Shown here in pieces: positions 1 through 9,629 of a stretch of 64,000 nt of DNA. The stretch comes from Eledone cirrhosa (lineage: Eukaryota): NCBI GenBank assembly GCA_964016885.1, contig OZ024741.1:250356001-250420000 (forward strand), written 5' to 3'. Both the position numbers and the translations under genes were made by a program. Every line of letters begins with the position of its first letter. The stretch's first letter is position 1. The notes beneath the pieces were generated by a model, which was given only the letters and a program-made list of their open reading frames with translations, did not search any database and was not told the DNA's origin.

Positions 1-2214
1 GGAGATAATTTGTAAAAAAAAAATCAGGGGGAGATAATTTGTAAAAAAAAATCAGGGGGAGATAATTTGTAAAAAAAAATCAGGGGGAGATAATTTGTAA
101 AAAAAATCAGGGGTAGATAATTTGTAAAAAAAATCAGGGGGAGATAATTTGTAAAAAAAATCAGGGGGAGATAATTTGTAAAAAAAATCAAGGGGAGATA
201 ATTTGCAGCCGTCCAAGGGGAGATAATTTTCAGCCGTCCAAGGAGAGATAATTTCTAGCCGTCCAAGGGGAGATAATTTCCAGCCGTCCAAGGGGAGATA
301 ATTTCCAGCCGTCCAAGGGGAGATAATTTTTAAAGAAAAATCAGACGGAGATAATTTGTAAAAAAAAAATCAGGGGGAGATAATTTGTAAAACAAAATCA
401 GGGGGAGATAATTTGTAAAAAAAGATCAGGGGTAGATAATTTGTAAAAAAAATCAGGGGAGATAATTTCCAGCCGTCAAAGGGAAGATAATTTCCAGCCC
501 TCCAAGGGGCTATAATTTCCAGCGTCCAAGGGGAGATAATTTCCAGCCAGCGAAGAGGAGATAATTTTTTTTTAAAAATCATTGGGAGATTTGTAAAAAA
601 AATCAGGGGGAGATAATTTGTAAAAAAAATCAGGGGTAGATAATTTGTAAAAAAAAATCAGGGGGAGATAATTTGTAAAAAAAAAATCAGGGGGAGATAA
701 TTTGTAAAAAATTCAAGGGGAGATAATTTCCAGCCGTCCAAGGGAAGATAATTTCCAGCCGTCCAAGGGGAGATAATTTTTAAAAAAAAATCAGGCGCAG
801 ATAAGTTGTAAAAAAAAATCAGGGGGAGATAATTTGTAAAAAAAAATCAGGGGGAGATAATTTGTAAAAAAAATCAAGGGGAGATAATTTCCAGCCGTCC
901 AAGGGAAGATAATTTCCAGCCCTCCAAGGGGCTATAATTTCCAGCGTCCAAGGGGAGATAATTTCCAGCCAGGGAAGGGTAGATAATTTTTTTTTAAAAA
1001 TCACTGGGAGATTTGTAAAAAAAATCAGGGGGAGATAATTTGTAAAAAACTCAAGGGGTGATAATTTCCAGCCGTCCAAAGAGAGATAATTTCTAGCCGT
1101 CCAAGGGGAGATAATTTCCAGCCGTCCAAGGGGAGATAATTTCCCGCCAGCCAAGGGAAGATAATATTTAAAAAAATCAGGCGGAGATAATTTGTAAAAA
1201 AAATCAGGGGGAGATAATTTGTAAAAAAATCAGGGGGAGATAATTTGTAAAAAAAAATCAGGGGGAGATAATTTGTAAAAAAAATCAGGGGGAGATAATT
1301 TGTAAAAAAAAATCAGGGGGAGATAATTTGTAAAAAAAATCAAGGGGAGATAATTTCCAGCCGTCCAAGGGGAGATAATTTTCAACCGTCCAAGGGGAGA
1401 TAATTTCCCGCCAGCCAAGGGAAGATAATATTTAAAATAATCAGGCGGAGATAATTTGTAAAAAAAATCAGGGGGAGATAATTTGTAAAAAAATCAGGGG
1501 GAGATAATTTGTAAAAAAAAAAATCAGGGGGAGATAATTTGTAAAAAAAATCAGGGCTAGATAATTTGTAAAAAAAAATCAGGGGGAGATAATTTGTAAA
1601 AAAAATCAGGGGGAGATAATTTGTAAAAAAAATCAGGGGTAGATAATTTCCAGCCGTCCAAGGGGAGATAATTTCAATCCTTCCAAGGGGAGATAATTTC
1701 CAGCCGTCCAAGGGGAGATAATTTCCCGCCAGCCAAGGAGAGATAATATTTAAAAAAATCAGGCGGAGATAATTTGTAAAAAAAATCAGGGGGAGATAAT
1801 TTGTAAAAAAATCAGGGGGAGATAATTTGTAAAAAAAAAATCAGGGGGAGATAATTTGTAAAAAAAATCAGGGGGAGATAATTTGTAAAAAAAAATCAGG
1901 GGTAGATAATTTGTAAAAAAAAATCAGGGGGAGATAATTTGTAAAAAAAAAATCAGGGGGAGATAATTTGTAAAAAAATCAAGGGGAGATAATTTCCAGC
2001 CGTCCAAGGGGAGATAATTTTCAGCCGTCCAAGGAGAGGTAATTTCTAGCCGTCCAAGGGGAGATAATTTCCAGCCGTCCAAGGGGAGATAATTTTTTTA
2101 AAAAAATCAGGCGGAGATAATTTGTAAACAAAAATCAGGGGGAGATAATTTGTAAAAAAAAATCAGGGGGAGATAATTTGTAAAAAAAAATCAGGGAGAT
2201 AATTTGTAAAAAAA

Positions 2215-2445
2215 ATCAAGGGGAGATAATTTCCAGCCGTCCAAGGGGAGGTAATATCTAGCCATCCAAGGGGAGATAATTTCCAGCCGTCCAAGGGGAG
2301 ATAATTTCCAGCCGTCCAAGGGGAGATAATATCCAGCCGTCCAAGGAGACATATTTTCCAGCCGTGCAAGGAGAGGTAATTTCTAGCCGTCCAAGGGGAG
2401 ATAAGTTCCAGCCTCCAAGGGGAGATAATTTCTAGCCAGCCAAGG
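2215..2445 (+). repeat. Nine-monomer B block (longest GC-rich block type), recurring many times across the window
   Basis: Fixed order of variants GGTAATATCTAGCCATCC, ATAATATCC, GAGACATATTTTCC, GAGAGGTAATTTCTAG, ATAAGTTCCAGCCTCC, CCAGCC. Also near 8.9, 10.5, 13.0, 15.8, 16.3, 18.1, 22.5, 23.1, 25.8, 27.4, 30.5, 32.8, 37.7, 40.7, 43.0, 47.0, 51.7, 53.0, 54.7, 59.3, 60.7 and 63.8 kb. Confidence 0.9.
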
Positions 2446-3489
2446 GGAGATAATTTGTAAAAAAATCAGGGGGAGATAATTTGTAAAAAAAAATCAGGGG
2501 GAGATAATTTGTAAAAAAAAATCAGGGGGAGATAATTTGTAAAATAAATCAAGGGGAGATAATTTCCAGCCGTCCAAGGGGAGATAATTTTCAGCCGTCC
2601 AAGGAGAGGTAAATTCTAGCCGTCCAAGGAGAGATAATTTCCAGGCGTCCAAGGGGAGATAATTTCCAGCCAGCCAAGGGGAGATAATTTGTAAAAAAAT
2701 CAGGGGTAGATAATTTGTAAAAAAAAATCAGGGGGAGATAATTTGTAAAAAAAAATCAGGGGGAGATAATTTGTAAAAAAAATCAAGGGGAGATAATTTC
2801 CAGCCGTCCAAGGGAAGATAATTTTCAGCCGTCCAAGGAGAGGTAATTTCTAGCCGTCCAAGGGGAGATAAGTTCCAGCCTCCAAGGGGAGATAATTTCC
2901 AGCCAGCCAAGGGGAGATAATTTGTAAAAAAATCAGGGGTAGATAATTTGTAAAAAAAAATCAGGGGGAGATAATTTGTAAAAAAAATCAGGGGGAGATA
3001 ATTTGTAAAAAAAATCAGGGGTAGATAATTTCCAGCCGTCCAAGGGGAGATAATTTCCATCCTTCCAAGGGGAGATAATTTCCAGCCGTCCAAGGGGAGA
3101 TAATTTCCCGCCAGCCAAGGAGAGATAATATTTAAAAAAATCAGGCGGAGATAATTTGTAAAAAAATCAGGTTGAGATAATTTGTAAAAAAATCAGGGGG
3201 AGATAATTTGTAAAAAAAAAATCAGGGGGAGATAATTTGTAAAAAAAATCAGGGGGAGATAATTTGTAAAAAAAAATCAGGGGAGATAATTTGTAAAAAA
3301 AAATCAGGGGGAGATAATTTGTAAAAAAAATCAGGGGGAGATAATTTGTAAAAAAAATCAAGGGGAGATAATTTCCAGCCGTCCAAGGGGAGATAATTTT
3401 CAGCCGTCCAAGGAGAGGTAAATTCTAGCCGTCCAAGGAGAGATAATTTCCAGCCGTCCAAGGTGAGATAATTTCCAGCCGTCCAAGGG

Positions 3490-3990
3490 GAGATAATTTT
3501 TTAAAAAAAATCAGGCGCAGATAAGTTGTAAAAAAAAATCAGGGGGAGATAATTTGTAAAAAAAAATCAGGGGGAGATAATTTGTAAAAAAAATCAAGGG
3601 GAGATAATTTCCAGCCGTCCAAGGGAAGATAATTTCCAGCCCTCCAAGGGGCTATAATTTCCAGCGTCCAAGGGGAGATAATTTCCAGCCAGGGAAGGGG
3701 AGATAATTTTTTTTAAAAAATCACTGGGAGATTTGTAAAAAAATCAGGGGGAGATAATTTGTAAAAAACTCAAGGGGTGATAATTTCCAGCCGTCCAAAG
3801 AGAGATAATTTCTAGCCGTCCAAGGGGAGATAATTTCCAGCCAAGGGGAGATAATTTCCTGCCTTCCAAGGGGAGATAATTTTTAAAAAAATCAGGTGGA
3901 GATAATTTGTAAAAAAAATCAGTGGAAGATAATTTGTAAAAAGAAAATCAAGGGCAGATAATTTCCAGCCGTCCAAGGGGAGATAATTTC
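3490..3990 (+). repeat. Diverged ~500-bp cassette of atypical monomers (example copy)
   Basis: Ordered markers GGCGCAGATAAGTTG, CCCTCCAAGGGGCTATAA, CCAGCGTCC (24-mer), TCACTGGGAGATTTG, AACTCAAGGGGTGATAA, CCAAAGAGAG, a 21-mer CCAGCCAAGG, AGGTGGAG, CAGTGGAAG, AAAAGAAAATCAAGGGCAG. About 25 full or partial copies counted by eye. Confidence 0.9.
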
Positions 3991-4153
3991 CCGCCAGCCA
4001 AGGGAAGAAAATATTTAAAAAAATCAGGGGGAGATAATTTGTAAAAAAAAATCAGGGGGAGATAATTTGTAAAAAAAATCAAGGGGAGATAATTTCCAGC
4101 CGTCCAAGGGGAGATAATTTTTAACCGTCCAAGGGGAGATAATTTCCCGCCAG

Positions 4154-4841
4154 CCAAGGGAAGATAATATTTAAAAAAATCAGGCGGAGATAATTTGTAA
4201 AAAAAATCAGGGGGAGATAATTTGTAAAAAAATCAGGGGGAGATAATTTGTAAAAAAAAAATCAGGGGGAGATAATTTGTAAAAAAAATCAGGGGGAGAT
4301 AATTTGTAAAAAAAATCAGGGGTAGATAATTTGTAAAAAAAAATCAGGGGTAGATAATTTGTAAAAAAAATCAGGGGGAGATAATTTGTAAAAAAAATCA
4401 GGGGTAGATAGTTTCCAGCCGTCCAAGGGGAGATAATTTCCATCCTTCCAAGGGGAGATAATTTCCAGCCGTCCAAGGGGAGATAATTTCCCGCCAGCCA
4501 AGGAGAGATAATATTTAAAAAAATCAGGCGGAGATAATTTGTAAAAAAAATCAGGGGGAGATAATTTGTAAAAAAATCAGGGGGAGATAATTTGTAAAAA
4601 AAAAATCAGGGGGAGATAATTTGTAAAAAAAATCAGGGGGAGATAATTTGTAAAAAAAATCAAGGCTAGATAATTTGTAAAAAAAAATCAGGGGGAGATA
4701 ATTTGTAAAAAAAATCAGGGGGAGATAATTTGTAAAAAAAATCAGGGGTAGATAATTTCCAGCCGTCCAAGGGGAGATAATTTCCATCCTTCCAAGGGGA
4801 GATAATTTCCAGCCGTCCAAGGGGAGATAATTTCCCGCCAG
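4154..4841 (+). repeat. Two tandem copies of the 344-bp module (9 A-type + 4 B-type monomers)
   Basis: ORF-track pairs offset by exactly 344: 4207/4551, 11888/12232, 35845/36189, 45892/46236, 48998/49342, 56688/57032. A-tract lengths are 7,8,7,10,8,8,9,8,8 in both copies here. The B block carries CCATCCTTCC and CCCGCCAGCC variants. Confidence 0.93.
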
Positions 4842-7800
4842 CCAAGGAGAGATAATATTTAAAAAAATCAGGCGGAGATAATTTGTAAAAAAAATCAGGG
4901 GGAGATAATTTGTAAAAAAATCAGGGGGAGATAATTTGTAAAAAAAAAATCAGGGGGAGATAATTTGTAAAAAAAATCAGGGGGAGATAATTTGTAAAAA
5001 AAAATCAGGGGTAGATAATTTGTAAAAAAAAATCAGGGGGAGATAATTTGTAAAAAAAAAATCAGGGGGAGATAATTTGTAAAAAAATCAAGGGGAGATA
5101 ATTTCCAGCCGTCCAAGGGGAGATAATTTTCAGCCGTCCAAGGAGAGGTAATTTCTAGCCGTCCAAGTGGAGATAATTTCCAGCCGTCCAAGGGGAGATA
5201 ATTTTTTTAAAAAAATCAGGCGGAGATAATTTGTAAACAAAAATCAGGGGGAGATAATTTGTAAAAAAAAATCAGGGGGAGATAATTTGTAAAAAAAAAT
5301 CAGGGAGATAATTTGTAAAAAAAATCAAGGGGAGATAATTTCCAGCCGTCCAAGGGGAGGTAATATCTAGCCATCCAAGGGGAGATAATTTCCAGCCGTC
5401 CAAGGGGAGATAATTTCCAGCCGTCCAAGGGGAGATAATTTCCCGCCAGCCAAGGAGAGATAATATTTAAAAAAATCAGGCGGAGATAATTTGTAAAAAA
5501 AATCAGGGGGAGATAATTTGTAAAAAAAATCAGGGGTAGATAATTTGTAAAAAAAAATCAGGGGGAGATAATTTGTAAAAAAAATCAGGGGGAGATAATT
5601 TGTAAAAAAAATCAGGGGTAGATAATTTCCAGCCGTCCAAGGGGAGATAATTTCCATCCTTCCAAGGGGAGATAATTTCCAGCCGTCCAAGGGGAGATAA
5701 TTTCCCGCCAGCCAAGGAGAGATAATATTTAAAAAAATCAGGCGGAGATAATTTGTAAAAAAAATCAGGGGGAGATAATTTGTAAAAAAATCAGGGGGAG
5801 ATAATTTGTAAAAAAAAAATCAGGGGGAGATAATTTGTAAAAAAAATCAGGGGGAGATAATTTGTAAAAAAAATCAGGGCTAGATAATTTGTAAAAAAAA
5901 ATCAGGGGGAGATAATTTGTAAAAAAAATCAGGGGGAGATAATTTGTAAAAAAAATCAGGTGTATATAATTTCCAGCCGTCCAAGGGGAGATAATTTCCA
6001 TCCTTCCAAGGGGAGATAATTTCCAGCCGTCCAAGGGGAGATAATTTACCGCCAGCCAAGGAGAGATAATATTTAAAAAAATCAGGCGGAGATAATTTGT
6101 AAAAAAAATCAGGGGGAGATAATTTGTAAAAAAATCAGGGGGAGATAATTTGTAAAAAAAAAATCAGGGGGAGATAATTTGTAAAAAAAATCAGGGGGAG
6201 ATAATTTGTAAAAAAAAATCAGGGGTAGATAATTTGTAAAAAAATATCAGGGGGAGATAATTTGTAAAAAAATCAAGGGGAGATAATTTCCAGCCGTCCA
6301 AGGGGAGATAATTTCCAGCCGTCCAAGGAGAGGTAATTTCTAGCCGTCCAAGGGGAGATAAGTTCCAGCCTCCAAGGGGAGATAATTTCCAGCCAGCCAA
6401 GGGAAGATAATTTGTAAAAAAATCAGGGGGAGATAATTTGTAAAAAAAAATCAGGGGGAGATAATTTGTAAAAAAAAATCAGGGGGAGATAATTTGTAAA
6501 ATAAATCAAGGGGAGATAATTTCCAGCCGTCCAAGGGGAGATAATTTTCAGCCGTCCAAGGAGAGGTAAATTCTAGCCGTCCAAGGAGAGATAATTTCCA
6601 GGCGTCCAAGGGGAGATAATTTCCAGCCAGCCAAGGGGAGATAATTTGTAAAAAAATCAGGGGTAGATAATTTGTAAAAAAAAATCAGGGGGAGATAATT
6701 TGTAAAAAAAAATCAGGGGGAGATAATTTGTAAAAAAAATCAAGGGGAGATAATTTCCAGCCGTCCAAGGGAAGATAATTTTCAGCCGTCCAAGGAGAGG
6801 TAATTTCTAGCCGTCCAAGGGGAGATAAGTTCCAGCCTCCAAGGGGAGATAATTTCCAGCCAGCCAAGGGGAGATAATTTGAAAAAAAATCAGGGGTAGA
6901 TAATTTGTAAGAAAAAATCAGGGGGAGATAATTTGTAAAAAAAATCAGGGGGAGATAATTTGTAAAAAAAATCAGGGGTAGATAATTTCCAGCCGTCCAA
7001 GGGGAGATAATTTCCATCCTTCCAAGGGGAGATAATTTCCAGCCGTCCAAGGGGAGATAATTTCCCGCCAGCCAAGGAGAGATAATATTTAAAAAAATCA
7101 GGCGGAGATAATTTGTAAAAAAATCAGGTTGAGATAATTTGTAAAAAAATCAGGGGGAGATAATTTGTAAAAAAAAAATCAGGGGGAGATAATTTGTAAA
7201 AAAAATCAGGGGGAGATAATTTGTAAAAAAAAATCAGGGGAGATAATTTGTAAAAAAAAATCAGGGGGAGATAATTTGTAAAAAAAATCAGGGGGAGATA
7301 ATTTGGAAAAAAAATCAAGGGGAGATAATTTCCAGCCGTCCAAGGGGAGATAATTTTCAGCCGTCCAAGGAGAGGTAAATTCTAGCCGTCCAAGGAGAGA
7401 TAATTTCCAGCCGTCCAAGGTGAGATAATTTCCAGCCGTCCAAGGGGAGATAATTTTTTAAAAAAAATCAGGCGCAGATAAGTTGTAAAAAAAATCAGGG
7501 GGAGATAATTTGTAAAAAAAAATCAGGGGGAGATAATTTGTAAAAAAAATCAAGGGGAGATAATTTCCAGCCGTCCAAGGGAAGATAATTTCCAGCCCTC
7601 CAAGGGGCTATAATTTCCAGCGTCCAAGGGGAGATAATTTCCAGCCAGGGAAGGGGAGATAATTTTTTTTAAAAAATCACTGGGAGATTTGTAAAAAAAA
7701 TCAGGGGGAGATAATTTGTAAAAAACTCAAGGGGTGATAATTTCCAGCCGTCCAAAGAGAGATAATTTCTAGCCGTCCAAGGGGAGATAATTTCCAGCCA

Positions 7801-9161
7801 AGGGGAGATAATTTCCTGCCTTCCAAGGGGAGATAATTTTTAAAAAAATCAGGTGGAGATAATTTGTAAAAAAAATCAGTGGAAGATAATTTGTAAAAAG
7901 AAAATCAAGGGCAGATAATTTCCAGCCGTCCAAGGGGATATAATTTCCCGCCAGCCAAGGGAAGATAATATTTAAAAAAATCAGGGGGAGATAATTTGTA
8001 AAAAAAAATCAGGGGGAGATAATTTGTAAAAAAAATCAAGGGGAGATAATTTCCAGCCGTCCAAGGGGAGATAATTTTCAACCGTCCAAGGGGAGATAAT
8101 TTCCCGCCAGCCAAGGGAAGATAATATTTAAAAAAATCAGGCGGAGATAATTTGTAAAAAAAATCAGGGGGAGATAATTTGTAAAAAAATCAGGGGGAGA
8201 TAATTTGTAAAAAAAAAATCAGGGGGAGATAATTTGTAAAAAAAATCAGGGGGAGATAATTTGTAAAAAAAATCAGGGGTAGATAATTTGTAAAAAAAAA
8301 TCAGGGGGAGATAATTTGTAAAAAAAATCAGGGGGAGATAATTTGTAAAAAAAATCAGGGGTAGATAATTTCCAGCCGTCCAAGGGGAGATAATTTCCAT
8401 CCTTCCAAGGGGAGATAATTTCCAGCCGTCCAAGGGGAGATAATTTCCCGCCAGCCAAGGAGAGATAATATTTAAAAAAATCAGGCGGAGATAATTTGTA
8501 AAAAAAATCAGGGGGAGATAATTTGTAAAAAAATCAGGGGGAGATAATTTGTAAAAAAAAAATCAGGGGGAGATAATTTGTAAAAAAAATCAGGGGGAGA
8601 TAATTTGTAAAAAAAAATCAGGGGTAGATAATTTGTAAAAAAAAATCAGGGGGAGATAATTTGTAAAAAAAAAATCAGGGGGAGATAATTTGTAAAAAAA
8701 TCAAGGGGAGATAATTTCCGGCCGTCCAAGGGGAGATAATTTTCAGCCGTCCAAGGAGAGGTAATTTCTAGCCGTCCAAGGGGAGATAATTTCCAGCCGT
8801 CCAAGGGGAGATAATTTTTTAAAAAAAATCAGGCGGAGATAATTTGTAAACAAAAATCAGGGGGAGATAATTTGTAAAAAAAAATCAGGGGGAGATAATT
8901 TGTAAAAAAAAATCAGGGAGATAATTTGTAAAAAAAATCAAGGGGAGATAATTTCCAGCTGTCCAAGGGGAGGTAATATCTAGCCATCCAAGGGGAGATA
9001 ATTTCCAGCCGTCCAAGGGGAGATAATTTCCAGCCGTCCAAGGGGAGATAATATCCAGCCGTCCAAGGAGACATATTTTCCAGCCGTCCAAGGAGAGGTA
9101 ATTTCTAGCCGTCCAAGGGGAGATAAGTTCCAGCCTCCAAGGGGAGATAATTTCCAGCCAG

Positions 9162-9629
9162 CCAAGGGGAGATAATTTGTAAAAAAATCAGGGGGAGATA
9201 ATTTGTAAAAAAAAATCAGGGGGAGATAATTTGTAAAAAAAAATCAGGGGGAGATAATTTGTAAAAAAAATCAAGGGGAGATAATTTCCAGCCGTCCAAG
9301 GGGAGATAATTTTCAGCCGTCCAAGGAGAGGTAAATTCTAGCCGTCCAAGGAGAGATAATTTCCAGGCGTCCAAGGGGAGATAATTTCCAGCCAGCCAAG
9401 GGGAGATAATTTGTAAAAAAATCAGGGGTAGATAATTTGTAAAAAAAAATCAGGGGGAGATAATTTGTAAAAAAAAATCAGGGGGAGATAATTTGTAAAA
9501 AAAATCAAGGGGAGATAATTTCCAGCCGTCCAAGGGGAGATAATTTTCAGCCGTCCAAGGAGAGGTAAATTCTAGCCGTCCAAGGAGAGATAATTTCCAG
9601 GCGTCCAAGGGGAGATAATTTCCAGCCAG
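9162..9629 (+). repeat. Two tandem copies of the 234-bp module (4 A-type + 5 B-type monomers)
   Basis: Marker GTAAATTCTAG at 9331 and 9565 (234 apart), each followed by CCAGGCGTCC. The same doublet occurs at 26184/26418, near 36490/36724, near 50.4-50.7 kb and near 58.1-58.4 kb. Confidence 0.88.

Larger units (their letters stand above)
2350..8520 (+). repeat. Direct repeat of a ~2.2-kb module series at 3,957-bp offset (about 2350-4560 vs 6310-8520)
   Basis: ORF pairs 2728/6685, 3167/7124, 3948/7905 and 4207/8164 are all offset by 3,957. Confidence 0.8.

Noticed and set aside
1-200. Poly-A tracts as retroposon tails, or minus-strand T-runs as terminators
   Set aside because: They are integral parts of the A monomer, with no element body, target-site duplication, upstream hairpin or gene.
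213-320. Resemblance of TCCAAGGGGA and GGGGAGATAATTTCC to EBF/COE or NF-kB sites
   Set aside because: One has a mismatch and the other the wrong spacing relative to the consensus, and the host is unknown, so neither is supportable as a regulatory feature.
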